Positions 1-10,444 of a DNA stretch of 64,000 nucleotides are shown here, piece after piece. The stretch is taken from IMG/VR virus record IMGVR_UViG_3300044617_001156. The stretch is one strand, 5' to 3'. The notes beneath the pieces are model-generated. The model had not been told where the DNA came from. It saw only the letters and a program-made list of their open reading frames with translations, and did not search any database. Source of the DNA: a virus. Both the position numbers and the translations under genes were made by a program. The stretch's first letter is position 1. Every line of letters starts with the position of its first letter.

Positions 1-1
1 A

Positions 2-3000
2 GTCATCTATAAAGCAAGTGGTGATTACGGCCACCCAATTCAAAGTGATAGTGTAAGTGGTGGTTGGTATTTAACTGTTTCTGGAATTGGAACTGAGAAC
101 AACATTTACTCTACAATTGTTGGTCTTGGAACTACTGGTCTTGGTGAAGCAACATCAAGAACCTATATTATGAGAAGACAGGATGACCGTAAGTTAGATG
201 ATAAGATTTATAAAGTTCGTTATGTAATTCCAAAGGATAGTTCTACAGTCGCACGTCCTCCACTGGAAGGATATGTAATTCAAGAAGCAAATAGTGGAAT
301 TGGTACTGGTACTGCTGAAATTCAGAAGTATTTTGCTTCTTCAGCAACTCTTCTAAATTCTACAGAACTCAGAAACTTCAATTTCATTGCTGGAGCAACT
401 TGGAGTTCAAATGCTGTAACCGTTACAACTGAACTTCCACATTACCTCTCCGTTGGTTCTGAAGTTATAATTCAGAACGTTACTCCAACAGGATATAATG
501 GTACTTATACTGTTACAAGCACTCCAACATCCAGACAATTTACTTATGCTCTGACTACAAACCCTGGTGTTTTTGCTACAAATACAGTAGTACGTAACTC
601 AGACCTACCAAGATTTACACGTAAGAGATATAACGACACCTATTACATTTACAGAACTGAAGAAGTTCATGAGTACATACCAAACGTTCAAGATGGTGTA
701 TATCATCTCACCATCTTAAACTCATCAAACTCACCTTCTGTTGCTCCATTCACTAATCAGAAGTTCTCTCAACCAGTTCAAAATCTCTACCCACAACTGA
801 ATAGAGATAATCCAGATACTAATCCTGAGGCTTCTACTTCTTTTGCTATATCATCACCAGTCGGTCAAGTTGTTATTAATGACCCCGAAAGGTCAATTAC
901 TAGAGAAGCACTACAAAAGAACCTTTCTGATAATTACGTTGGTGCTGGACTTACTAACATTGTATCCTCAAGTGCTACCGTACATACAATCTATACCAAT
1001 AAGGATCATGAGTTTGCTGGTATTGGTACAATTACACTTACTACCACAGGAAGTAATTATCTAGAAGGTACTTATTATGGTGTTGGATTAACTGGAGGAA
1101 GTGGTTCTTCAGCAAGTGCTAAAGTTACAGTCAATGCAAGTGGAAATGTAACTGCGGTTTCAATTATGTATCCTGGTGGTGGTTATGTCGCATCAGATAC
1201 TCTTTCTGTTGTACCACCTGTTGGTGTTGGAACCACTGCTGGATTTGCACCAGCAACCATTACCGTAAGTTCTATTCGCAATAGTGTTGGTGAAGTCATT
1301 CGTGTCTATGGAGTTTCCAACAAGCAATATGAGAACTATAATACTCACTACAGAATTACTGCAGTCAATGGACCAAAGCAACTGAGTGTTGTTTCTAGTT
1401 CTACAGTAAGTGGATTTACTGGAACTGGTATTGGAGCAACTGCTACTGCTGACGCATCTTATATTCTTGCTGGAAGAAGTGTTGGTGTTTCAAGTGTTGT
1501 CTATAATGCTTCTACTGGAACCGCAACTCTTGGTTTCTCAACCAGTCACGGATTTAGAGTTAATCAGAAGATTATTCTCTCTGGAGCAACTGATAACTTC
1601 TTTAATGGTGAGTTCATTGTTTCTAATGTAACTAGCGTAACATCAGCAGCCATTAACACTGGTGTTTCTACAACAACTCCTGTTACCACTGGAACAATTG
1701 TCGCTCATAGAGCAGTTCTAAGTTCTTCTGCTGGAGAAGACCCCACAAATGAGAATAGAAGTGGTAGATTGTCTTATGAGTATGCTGGCATTACTACCGT
1801 CTCAGGTTCTGTTCTGAACTACAATGCACCAGACAACACTACAATTACAATTCCAAATGCCGTTTCTCTTGGATTAAAACTAGGTGATTATCTACTGATT
1901 GATGATGAAATCTTTAGAATTCGTGCTACTGTTGCCGGAAATACCATTAGTATCTTCAGAACTCTCTTTGGTACTCCAAGACAAACGCACCCAATTAATT
2001 CAGTTGTACGCACTATTCACGTACATCCTATTGAATTCCGCAGAAACTCAATCATTCGTGCCTCAGGTCATACCTTCGAATATCTTGGTTTTGGTCCCGG
2101 TAACTATTCATCAGCACTTCCAGATAGACAAGACCGCATTCTAAGTCCTGCTGAAGAAATTCTATCACAATCCACCAAGTATGATGGTGGTGCGATCGTA
2201 TTCTCTGGAATGAATAATGATGGAGATTTCTATACTGGTAATAAGATTATCAAGTCTTCTACAGGTCAAGAAGAGATTTATGATTCGCCAATTCCTTCTG
2301 TCTCCGGTGAAGAAGATTTAAGTGGAAGTATCACATCCGAAATCATTTCTTCTTCTGACTTGTTTATCTTCCGCTCACTCAAAGTTGAAGGCGGCGGCGA
2401 TAAGAACTTAATCAGTGAGTTCTCTGGTCCTGTCGTATTTAATAATAAAGTCACTTCAAGCAATGGAATTGAAGCAAGAGACCTATACTTACAAGGCGAA
2501 AATGAAGTCTCAAGAAAGTTCAGTGTAGCAGATGATAAACCAACTTATGCTGGAAACTATGGTGATGTTGTTTGGAATGCTATACCTCAAGAGGATAGTT
2601 CGAGTGGTTGGATTTATACCATCAATAACGAATGGTTACCTTTTGGTAAAGTTGGTAATACTAAGATTGGTGTTTCCACCGGAACATTCAATACTTATGT
2701 TGGACTTGCAACTCAACTGAACTTCGATGCATATGGAATTGATTTCGTTGCAACTTTAGGTAATACTGGACTTGCAACAGTTTTTCTTGATACAACACCT
2801 ATTTTCGATGCAATTCAAGCAGTTGGCGTAGGAACTACAGCATCTATCGTATATCTTGATGATATTTCCCCTTCTTTCAACGGCATCACAACTTCATTCC
2901 CACTTTCTGTGGGCGGAACTTCTTACACTCCAGCAAGCAGCAATCAATTATTAATTGCTCTTAGTGGTATAGTTCAACTACCATCCAGAAGTTTCAATAT

Positions 3001-3910
3001 TTCTGGGTCAAATATTATCTTCAATCATCCGCCAAATTCTACTTTAGAATTCTATGGAATTGCATATGGTGGTTCAACGACTTTTGTAAGCAGTCCAGGT
3101 CTACCAAATAAATCAGTACAGTATAATAATGGTGGAAGATTTGCAGGGGTTCCATCTCTAATTTACAATGATATTGGAAATACTTTAGAACTTTCCGGGT
3201 CTTCTTCAGGAACACTTTTAGATATCAATCAGTCAGGTGGAGGACATGCTCTAACTGTTGAAGATTTCTGCATCGCAGGTACTGGTTATGTGGGTCTTGG
3301 TTCTACTGCACCAGCTGCAAAACTTGATATCTTTGCTCCATCCCAAGAAGCAATAAGAATTCGTTCTTCTAGTGGTACTGGAAATATTATTACTATTGAA
3401 AAACAACCTAATGATACTCAACCTATTATCTTTGACGCTCAAGGTAATCTAGGTATTAATACATCATTTGCTTCTGAAAAATTTGAAGTTCTAGGTAATG
3501 CTAAAGTTCATGGTGCTCTTCGTATAACTGATACCACCACACCTTATTACATAGGCATCCAAGCACCCGTTCTTGAAAGAAATTACAACTACATCCTACC
3601 AAATTCTTATGGAACAAATGGTCAGGTTCTAGTATCTAATGGTGTTGGTGGTCTCAGTTGGACCAACAACGGTGGAATGACCAGTAGTAATATTGCTGCT
3701 GGCGCTGGAATAAGTGTTAGTTATGCTACTGTTGATGGACAGACAGTGGCAACTATCAGCAACTCTGGAGTTTCTGGAATTGTTGCTGGTGCTGGTATAA
3801 CAATAAGTCCAGCAGGCGGAACTGGAACTGTTACAATTAGTGCAACTGGTTCTGGTTCTGCTGCTGGACCTTATCCATTCACCACTCGCGGATTTAGTAT
3901 TCCTATCTGA
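2..3910 (+). CDS. Large tail-fibre/virion structural protein, 5'-truncated by the window edge
   Basis: The frame is open from base 2, so the ATG at 170 is internal. Thr/Ser/Gly/Val-rich beta-structure; HTFEYLGFGPGNYSSALP motif typical of large cyanophage structural proteins; fibre motifs VGLGSTAP and GTNGQVLVSNG. Confidence 0.75.
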   Translation, partial: VIYKASGDYGHPIQSDSVSGGWYLTVSGIGTENNIYSTIVGLGTTGLGEATSRTYIMRRQDDRKLDDKIYKVRYVIPKDSSTVARPPLEGYVIQEANSGIGTGTAEIQKYFASSATLLNSTELRNFNFIAGATWSSNAVTVTTELPHYLSVGSEVIIQNVTPTGYNGTYTVTSTPTSRQFTYALTTNPGVFATNTVVRNSDLPRFTRKRYNDTYYIYRTEEVHEYIPNVQDGVYHLTILNSSNSPSVAPFTNQKFSQPVQNLYPQLNRDNPDTNPEASTSFAISSPVGQVVINDPERSITREALQKNLSDNYVGAGLTNIVSSSATVHTIYTNKDHEFAGIGTITLTTTGSNYLEGTYYGVGLTGGSGSSASAKVTVNASGNVTAVSIMYPGGGYVASDTLSVVPPVGVGTTAGFAPATITVSSIRNSVGEVIRVYGVSNKQYENYNTHYRITAVNGPKQLSVVSSSTVSGFTGTGIGATATADASYILAGRSVGVSSVVYNASTGTATLGFSTSHGFRVNQKIILSGATDNFFNGEFIVSNVTSVTSAAINTGVSTTTPVTTGTIVAHRAVLSSSAGEDPTNENRSGRLSYEYAGITTVSGSVLNYNAPDNTTITIPNAVSLGLKLGDYLLIDDEIFRIRATVAGNTISIFRTLFGTPRQTHPINSVVRTIHVHPIEFRRNSIIRASGHTFEYLGFGPGNYSSALPDRQDRILSPAEEILSQSTKYDGGAIVFSGMNNDGDFYTGNKIIKSSTGQEEIYDSPIPSVSGEEDLSGSITSEIISSSDLFIFRSLKVEGGGDKNLISEFSGPVVFNNKVTSSNGIEARDLYLQGENEVSRKFSVADDKPTYAGNYGDVVWNAIPQEDSSSGWIYTINNEWLPFGKVGNTKIGVSTGTFNTYVGLATQLNFDAYGIDFVATLGNTGLATVFLDTTPIFDAIQAVGVGTTASIVYLDDISPSFNGITTSFPLSVGGTSYTPASSNQLLIALSGIVQLPSRSFNISGSNIIFNHPPNSTLEFYGIAYGGSTTFVSSPGLPNKSVQYNNGGRFAGVPSLIYNDIGNTLELSGSSSGTLLDINQSGGGHALTVEDFCIAGTGYVGLGSTAPAAKLDIFAPSQEAIRIRSSSGTGNIITIEKQPNDTQPIIFDAQGNLGINTSFASEKFEVLGNAKVHGALRITDTTTPYYIGIQAPVLERNYNYILPNSYGTNGQVLVSNGVGGLSWTNNGGMTSSNIAAGAGISVSYATVDGQTVATISNSGVSGIVAGAGITISPAGGTGTVTISATGSGSAAGPYPFTTRGFSIPI

Positions 3911-4270
3911 TTAACCTGCTTCGGGGATGACTACGATATTAAATGCGCCACAATTAGCAAAAAAAGTCTGACCCGGAGCAATCATCAATTCGGTTGGTAG
4001 TGCTTCGGCAAGATTTTCAGGCCCTCCTAGTGCATTATTTGCAGTAGAAGAAGAGCTATTAAATGAACTAGTATCTGAATTATAATATGCTAAGTTTCTA
4101 CCAATCGCCAATAATCCTCTGGTTATTACGCTCGCCCCAGACCAAGATATCTGTATATTTGGAATAGTAGGACTATTAGCAGCCATATAATTAATCACAA
4201 TTCTCACATTCTGTCCTGTGTTATTTGTATAAGTTACCACACCAGTACCACTTAATACCTGAGAAGCCAT
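3911..4270 (-). CDS. Small late protein, probably virion-associated (119 aa)
   Basis: Clean ORF converging on the upstream gene, with its own ATAAATA late promoter at 4295-4301 on the minus strand. Confidence 0.65.
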   Translation of the reverse strand: MASQVLSGTGVVTYTNNTGQNVRIVINYMAANSPTIPNIQISWSGASVITRGLLAIGRNLAYYNSDTSSFNSSSSTANNALGGPENLAEALPTELMIAPGQTFFANCGAFNIVVIPEAG

Positions 4271-4294
4271 ATTTACCCTTGAAATACTTTTTTA

Positions 4295-4314
4295 TATTTA
4301 TTAATTCATAAATA
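4295..4314. promoter_or_regulatory. Back-to-back T4-type late promoters
   Basis: TATTTAT at 4295-4301 (minus-strand ATAAATA) and ATAAATA at 4308-4314. Confidence 0.7.
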
Positions 4315-4352
4315 AGTAAAAAGGGTGGATAGTGAAACCCTAGGAGAAAGCC

Positions 4353-5804
4353 ATGAGCGTCCAAAAACCATTCGTCGTAAAGAATGGAATAGAAGTCAAT
4401 TCCAATCTTATTTTTGGCGACATAGTAACTGATAGAGTTGGTATCGGAACCACAAGACCAACAGACACTTTACAAGTCGTTGGTGGTATTGCAGGTACTT
4501 CAATTAATATATCAGGTATTGGTACGATACCCTCACTCAGAGGAACCACACTAAACTACTTAACAGGTAATATCGTTACTGGTATAATTACCAGTATCAG
4601 TGGAAGCACTATCAACTATAGTGGTATTGTAACTGGTGGTTCTTATAGAGTAGGAAGCACAGAAGTCATTAGTTCAGCGAGAGAACTAAAGAATATTGTT
4701 TCTCTTGATGCTATCACTACAGCAACAATTGAAAGTGCAATAGCAAACGCACCAAATACTTTCACTGACCTCAACGTAACTGGTATTAGTACTTTAAATA
4801 CCGTTGGAATTTCATCAAACTTAAATGTTGCTGGTATTAGTACTTTAAATACCGTTGGAATTTCATCAAACTTAAATGTTGCTGGTATTAGCACTTTAAG
4901 CACTGCTGTAATTTCTTCAAACTTAAATGTTGTTGGTATTAGCACCTTAAGCACTGCTGTAATTTCATCAAACTTAAATGTATCTGGTGTCAGTACGTTA
5001 GGTAATGTTAGAATTACTTCTGGTATTGTTACGGCATCATCAGGTATCGTCACCTACTATGGTGATGGTTCATACCTCAATCTCGCAGCAAACCCAGGCA
5101 TGGGTGTGGGTATTGCTACCGCTGGAGGAACTGTAGGTTCTGGGGCAACTATCTTAGATTTCCGTGGTCCTGGTATCTCTACGATTACTGTTTCCTCTGG
5201 TATTGCTACCATCAATATCACTGGTGGAGGTGGTGGTGGAGCAGTTAGTATTGGTTCTACAGCACCCCCAGCACCAACGAATGGTGACTTATGGTATAGT
5301 CCTGAGTATGCTAGAACCTTCGTCTGGTATGATGAAGTCGCATTAGGTATTGGAAGTACTGCCGTATGGGTTGATGCAGCTCCCTTTAATATAAATCTAT
5401 CACAACTTGGTGATTTACAAGTTAATAGTTTAGTTGTTGTTAATCATACTGATTTAAATACTTTAGATGTAAGTGGTATTAGTACATTAGGTAACGTAGT
5501 TTCATCTGGTATTATCACTGCTGTTGATTTTAACTCTACTTCTGATGAGAACTTAAAGCATAATGTAGAGACTGTACATAACGCATTAGACACTGTAAAT
5601 TCACTCAGAGGTGTGAAGTTCCAATGGAAGGAAGATGATAGAGTATCTTATGGTGTAATCGCACAAGAACTTCAACAAGTCTTACCTGAACTTGTAAGTG
5701 CTGGCGACATTAAAACTGTGAATTACAATGGTATTATTGGAGTTCTGATAGAAGCAGTGAAGGAACTTAAGGCAGAAATAGAAGATCTTAAAAATACTAA
5801 ATAA
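4353..5804 (+). CDS. Tail fibre protein with C-terminal intramolecular chaperone (peptidase S74-like)
   Basis: RVGIGTT fibre motif; C-terminal TSDENLK...GVIAQE...VNYNG..GVLIEAVKEL signature. Confidence 0.85.
   Translation: MSVQKPFVVKNGIEVNSNLIFGDIVTDRVGIGTTRPTDTLQVVGGIAGTSINISGIGTIPSLRGTTLNYLTGNIVTGIITSISGSTINYSGIVTGGSYRVGSTEVISSARELKNIVSLDAITTATIESAIANAPNTFTDLNVTGISTLNTVGISSNLNVAGISTLNTVGISSNLNVAGISTLSTAVISSNLNVVGISTLSTAVISSNLNVSGVSTLGNVRITSGIVTASSGIVTYYGDGSYLNLAANPGMGVGIATAGGTVGSGATILDFRGPGISTITVSSGIATINITGGGGGGAVSIGSTAPPAPTNGDLWYSPEYARTFVWYDEVALGIGSTAVWVDAAPFNINLSQLGDLQVNSLVVVNHTDLNTLDVSGISTLGNVVSSGIITAVDFNSTSDENLKHNVETVHNALDTVNSLRGVKFQWKEDDRVSYGVIAQELQQVLPELVSAGDIKTVNYNGIIGVLIEAVKELKAEIEDLKNTK
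4780..4990 (+). repeat. 51-bp tandem repeat x4 (17-aa unit GISTLNTVGISSNLNVA)
   Basis: Units start at 4780, 4831, 4882 and 4933 and are near-identical at DNA level. Confidence 0.9.
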
Positions 5805-5833
5805 GATTAGTATAGCCTAGTGGAGACACGAAG

Positions 5834-6025
5834 ATGGCGATTAAAGTCAATAATGTCGATGTTATTGATAACAATCGAAAGTTTATTCCAGTTACAATTC
5901 AAGCAGATGGAACTGTAGGAACTGCTGGAAGTGTCCTTGCTTCCACAGGATCCGGAATTCAATGGATCACTGTAAGTAGTGGTAGTTCCAAGGGATTTAC
6001 TTATTTTGCAGCAGCAACTGTTTAG
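5834..6025 (+). CDS. Short fibre adaptor protein (63 aa)
   Basis: GTAGSVLASTGSGIQW fibre motif; late promoter CTAAATA at 5797-5803; GGAG RBS. Confidence 0.65.
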   Translation: MAIKVNNVDVIDNNRKFIPVTIQADGTVGTAGSVLASTGSGIQWITVSSGSSKGFTYFAAATV

Positions 6026-6038
6026 GGGAATAATATAA

Positions 6039-6356
6039 ATGGCAAACGGAAGATTAGCAGCAGTTACTCCAACTGCAAATACAGATACTTTATTGTATCA
6101 AGTTCCATCAACATCAACTGCAAGCACTGTAATTAATATCTGCAATACGAATACTTCATCTGCCGGTATTCGCATTTCAATTGAAAACAGTAGCGCAGTA
6201 GGAATTGCATCAACCAACTGTATTGAATTTGATACAATAGTTTCGGCAAAATCTGTTCTTGAAAGAGGTGGAATTGTTTTAGGAAATCAACAGAAACTGT
6301 TCTGCAATTCATCAATTTCTGGTGTTAACTTTATTGTTTACGGGTACGAAGAATAA
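6039..6356 (+). CDS. Small virion/fibre-associated protein (105 aa)
   Basis: Operonic; beta-rich sequence of a type common in phage fibre loci. Confidence 0.6.
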   Translation: MANGRLAAVTPTANTDTLLYQVPSTSTASTVINICNTNTSSAGIRISIENSSAVGIASTNCIEFDTIVSAKSVLERGGIVLGNQQKLFCNSSISGVNFIVYGYEE

Positions 6357-7711
6357 TGTCTAGAAATTTCGATTCATCAACAAGACTTTCTAATACCGCA
6401 AGTTTTTCTAGGTATGCTCCCTTACAATTAGATTTTGAAAGCCAAATTCTAATTACCTCCAATACAACTTTCATTGTTCCTCCAAATGCTAAGGCAGTTA
6501 AGTTTACTGCAGTAGGTGGAGGACAAGCAGGTGTTGGAACTACTTCTGGACCTGGAGCAGGATATTTTGAAAAAACTTTTTATGGTCCATTTATTGGACT
6601 TACAACAAGTTTTCAATTGACTATTGGAGCTGCAAATGGTGGTAATACAATTCTTAGAGATAGTGCAGGAACCACACTCGCAACAGCATTTGGAGCAACT
6701 GCAATTAGTACTGGTGCAACTGTAGGTGTTGGAGGAACTGCATTTGGAGGTGATCTAAACGCTCAAGGTTCTCCTGGTGGAATAACACCTGGAGTTGGTG
6801 GAGCATCTGGTGGTGCATTAGGCAATAGTGTTTATGATGCAACATATGCTGGTCGATGGGTTTATTTTAAAGAAAGTATTGTAAATGATAGCGTAAGAAA
6901 TTATTTTGTTAATACTTTAGAACTTAGTAGAGGTTCTAGAGTCACAACAATAGGATTTAATACTTTAGGAACTGTTACCGCGCAATATGGTGCTTTGATA
7001 AATCCTTCAGGACCAGGAGCAACTGTTGCTGGTATATTTGCTAATGGTGCAGGTGTTGGCGGTGCCGGTGGTTTTGGTGGAGATGGCGGTACCGGCGGCC
7101 CTGGTGGTTATGGAGGTAATGGCGGCGTTGCACCATATTCTGGCGGTACTGGAGGTTCTGGCGGTTATGGGGGCAGTGGAGGTCCTGGAAGGTCACCAGG
7201 TCCTGGTGGAGCTCCAGGTGGTGCTGGTGGTGCTGGCGGTTATGGTGGTGCCGGCGGAGCAGCATCTAGTGGAGTAGGAGGTCCAACAGGAACTACTCCG
7301 TATACTGGAGGTTTTCCTTCAGGTGGTGCTGGTGGTGCTGGTGGTGCTGGTGGTACTAGTGGTTTTGGTGGTGGAGGCGGCGCAGGAGGTTTTGGTGCTG
7401 CTGGTGGTCCTGGTGCTCCAAGAGTGTCTCGGCCCATGGGTCCTACTGGCGGATCTGGCGGTCCTGGCGGTCCTGGCGGCCCTGGCGGTCCCGGTGGTTT
7501 TGGTGGAGGAGGAGGCAGGGGCGGTGTCGGGGGAGCTGGTGGACTAGGGGGTCCAGGAGCATTATTACCGGCGACACCATATCAACCATCATCTCCAGGA
7601 GCACCAGGAGCAGCGGGTGCTGCTGGTGTCACAGGAACTCCGGGAAACGGAGGCGCTGGAGCAGTATATATTGAATGGACTATGAAAGAACCAAATAAAT
7701 TAGGAGTATAA
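6356..7711 (+). CDS. Glycine-rich (GGX, polyglycine-II-type) adhesin-like protein with many Pro residues
   Basis: F.VP..A..V...AVGGG and GGAGAVYIEW boundaries of a glycine-rich domain; long GGPGG/GGAGG tracts. Confidence 0.75.
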   Translation: MSRNFDSSTRLSNTASFSRYAPLQLDFESQILITSNTTFIVPPNAKAVKFTAVGGGQAGVGTTSGPGAGYFEKTFYGPFIGLTTSFQLTIGAANGGNTILRDSAGTTLATAFGATAISTGATVGVGGTAFGGDLNAQGSPGGITPGVGGASGGALGNSVYDATYAGRWVYFKESIVNDSVRNYFVNTLELSRGSRVTTIGFNTLGTVTAQYGALINPSGPGATVAGIFANGAGVGGAGGFGGDGGTGGPGGYGGNGGVAPYSGGTGGSGGYGGSGGPGRSPGPGGAPGGAGGAGGYGGAGGAASSGVGGPTGTTPYTGGFPSGGAGGAGGAGGTSGFGGGGGAGGFGAAGGPGAPRVSRPMGPTGGSGGPGGPGGPGGPGGFGGGGGRGGVGGAGGLGGPGALLPATPYQPSSPGAPGAAGAAGVTGTPGNGGAGAVYIEWTMKEPNKLGV

Positions 7712-7714
7712 GAA

Positions 7715-8335
7715 ATGTCAATTTACGCAGTTATAAACAAAGATACTAATTCTGCTGTAAATATCATTAATGTTGAAGATGAAAAATTCATTTTCTTAGG
7801 TCCTGATGAATATTATGCTCGTGCAAATAGAGCAGTTCGAATTGGAATGCTTTATGATAAACAAACTGGCACATTCCCAGAAGTAGGTGATAGAGGCGAA
7901 CTATTAGATTTAAGAGATGAAGTAGAATCTTTAATTACATCTCACCAATTAAAGATAGCAGAAAATTCTCATATGACTCCAGAACAACTGGAACCTCATA
8001 CCAATTATATAAGTCAATTGCAATCTATTTTGGCACTTGATTCTTATGTCGAAATGAAATCTCAGTTTGATACTATTGGACCCGAACCGGAATTTCCCCC
8101 CAAACCAAGAGAAATCACTCAAGATGTTTTCAGAAGTGTACTGAATCTTTCAGAAAAAATTCTCTGGGATAATCCAGAAATAGGAACAATACAACAAAAG
8201 GCAACAATTAATACTCTTAAGATGGACTTTCCTCATTATGGAGTTGAAAGTATGAGTGATGAACTTTCATTATTGGAGCAAGTTGAATTCTTTACACCAG
8301 AACGACTCACTGAAGTTACACGAGCACTTTCATAA
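7715..8335 (+). CDS. Putative fibre assembly/partner protein
   Basis: Follows the Gly-rich gene; N-terminal YAVIN..AVNII resembles the ORF at 30863 in the same syntenic position. Confidence 0.5.
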   Translation: MSIYAVINKDTNSAVNIINVEDEKFIFLGPDEYYARANRAVRIGMLYDKQTGTFPEVGDRGELLDLRDEVESLITSHQLKIAENSHMTPEQLEPHTNYISQLQSILALDSYVEMKSQFDTIGPEPEFPPKPREITQDVFRSVLNLSEKILWDNPEIGTIQQKATINTLKMDFPHYGVESMSDELSLLEQVEFFTPERLTEVTRALS

Positions 8336-8353
8336 TTCTTTACTTTCTTTACA

Positions 8354-9031
8354 ATGATACCTAAAATTATTCATCAAACTGGACCTGACAGAAAAAAGTG
8401 GCATTCAATCTGGAAAGAGTGTTCCGAAAGTTGGAAGAACACCTTTCCAGATTTTCAATATATGTACTGGACTGATGATGACATAAGAAATCTAGTCAAA
8501 GAACAATATTCAGAATTTTTAGAATTATACGATGCTTTCCCGCATCATATAATGAGAGTTGATTTTGCAAGATTCTGCATTTTACATTCTTATGGTGGAA
8601 TTTATGCAGATCTCGATATGTATTGTTATAAAAACTTTTATGATTTACTAAAAAGAAACCTTTATATTGCAGAATCTTGGAGTGAATGGGGAGAAAAGGT
8701 TCAGAATTCATTAATGATTTCTACGCCAAATCAAGAGTTCTGGGAAAAATGTATGTTTTTTTCTGGCGTTAAGTTTCTCTCAAATCATCAAAATTATTTT
8801 GATGATTATATTTTAGAATCGTGCGGTCCTAAGTTAATTTCTAGAATCTTAGATCCTTCTGTCAAATTTCTCCCAAAGGAATTGTTTAATCCTAAAGTTG
8901 AAAACCAGTTTAGTTTGTGTTGTGATAATGCAGAAAAATATAAAACTGCTCTCGATGACTTCAATAATTTAAAAAAAGAAAAAACTATTTTTACCAGACA
9001 CTTTTTAACTGGAGAATGGCCTACTAGTTGA
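8354..9031 (+). CDS. Glycosyltransferase, GT32/OCH1-like (DXD)
   Basis: MIPKIIHQT start; RVDFARFCILHSYGGIYADLD motif. Confidence 0.9.
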   Translation: MIPKIIHQTGPDRKKWHSIWKECSESWKNTFPDFQYMYWTDDDIRNLVKEQYSEFLELYDAFPHHIMRVDFARFCILHSYGGIYADLDMYCYKNFYDLLKRNLYIAESWSEWGEKVQNSLMISTPNQEFWEKCMFFSGVKFLSNHQNYFDDYILESCGPKLISRILDPSVKFLPKELFNPKVENQFSLCCDNAEKYKTALDDFNNLKKEKTIFTRHFLTGEWPTS

Positions 9032-9071
9032 AATAAATAATATTGACTGAATAATATAAAGAGTTTGAACT

Positions 9072-9707
9072 ATGGCATTTCAGAGTATCTGGTTTGAAAC
9101 CGGATTAAATCAAAAAATCATAGACATCATCGAAGAAGATCTCAAAGATAATTTCGATTCGCAACTACAAGACTCACGAGTTGGTGATGGTGATTATGGA
9201 ACAGTAGATAGAAATAAAAGAAACGCAAAAAATGCATGGGTTCCTACAACACACTGGGTTGCTGGTTTCGTATGGCATTACGTGCAGAGAGCAAATAGAG
9301 AAAACTTTCTTTATGATTTAACAAATATTGATGGAGAATCACTTCAATACACTGTGTATGGCGAAGGTGAATATTATGGTTGGCATAATGATGCGGGTAT
9401 TTCCACGTATTACAAACCAGTATCGTCAGGTAATCGCGGGCATACTGGAGACTGTTTAAGCGACTTTGTAAATGAAAACTGCGAGAAAGTAAGAAAGTTA
9501 TCTTTTAGTTTGCTTTTATCTGATCCTGATACTTATGAGGGTGGTAATCTTCAATTATTAGATGAAACGGGAAAGTCTTATATTTCTCCACGACAAAAAG
9601 GAACCATTATTCTTTTTGATTCTAGAACACAACATAGAGTTCAAAAAGTAACTAAAGGTGTTCGCAAGTCATTAGTTGGTTGGGTAGTTGGTCCACGTTT
9701 TAAATAA
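9072..9707 (+). CDS. 2OG-Fe(II) oxygenase (prolyl-hydroxylase/PKHD-like)
   Basis: WHND, RKLSFS, YEGG.L and HRVQKVTKGVRKSLVGW motifs; late promoter ATAAATA at 9033-9039. Confidence 0.9.
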   Translation: MAFQSIWFETGLNQKIIDIIEEDLKDNFDSQLQDSRVGDGDYGTVDRNKRNAKNAWVPTTHWVAGFVWHYVQRANRENFLYDLTNIDGESLQYTVYGEGEYYGWHNDAGISTYYKPVSSGNRGHTGDCLSDFVNENCEKVRKLSFSLLLSDPDTYEGGNLQLLDETGKSYISPRQKGTIILFDSRTQHRVQKVTKGVRKSLVGWVVGPRFK

Positions 9708-9722
9708 GAATGAGGTGATAAT

Positions 9723-10439
9723 ATGGCAGAACAAATGACACAACAAGAACTTGACTATCAAGAAAGAGTCAATTCTGGAACATCACCAACAAATAATAAG
9801 GAGTTTGATAAGAATGGATACCTAGTCTTAAGAAATCTATGGGATCCAAAAGATCTTTACTGTGAACCACCAACAATCAAAGGTCAATATAATTACTTTG
9901 GAAAAATTGATAAGTTTAACCATAATCCTGCAGAAAATCAGGTAGAAGGTTCAACTTCAAGGTATTATTATCCACCTTATAAGTACGCCCATTCGCAAAT
10001 TCGAATGAAACTTGAAAAAGCGATTGGCAAAAAACTTTATAATACTTATTATTATGACCGCTTTTATAATCCAGGGCAAGCACTGACTAAACATGCAGAT
10101 CGTCCAGCATGTGAGATTTCAGTTACAGTCCATGTGGGATCTAATATCAAAACTCCATGGCCTATTTGGATCAAAACACCGGACATTTACACGAGTGATG
10201 AAAAAACCAATGTTATAAGGAGAGGCGAAAATCGCTCAGTGATTTTAAATCCTGGTGATGGTATGATTTACAAAGGATGTGAAAGACCTCATTGGAGAGA
10301 TCCAATGCCAACCGAATATCATAGAACTTGGTATGGTAAGAAAACAGAAAAGGAAGGTTTATATTATCATCAAATCTTTTTCCACTATGTTCTTGCCGAT
10401 GGCATTCGTTCACATTATGCAGGTGATTCTGGAAATTAA
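9723..10439 (+). CDS. 2OG-Fe(II) oxygenase-like protein
   Basis: HADRPACEIS, PGDGMIYKGCERPHWR and QIFFHYV motifs (HxD...H triad). Confidence 0.8.
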   Translation: MAEQMTQQELDYQERVNSGTSPTNNKEFDKNGYLVLRNLWDPKDLYCEPPTIKGQYNYFGKIDKFNHNPAENQVEGSTSRYYYPPYKYAHSQIRMKLEKAIGKKLYNTYYYDRFYNPGQALTKHADRPACEISVTVHVGSNIKTPWPIWIKTPDIYTSDEKTNVIRRGENRSVILNPGDGMIYKGCERPHWRDPMPTEYHRTWYGKKTEKEGLYYHQIFFHYVLADGIRSHYAGDSGN

Positions 10440-10444
10440 TTTTT

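Noticed and set aside
6990-7660. Gly/Pro-rich tract as collagen, and the overlapping His-rich or Val/Leu-rich ORFs as genes
   Set aside because: The periodicity is GGX rather than Gly-X-Y, and the alternative-frame ORFs are shadows of GGT-rich codons.
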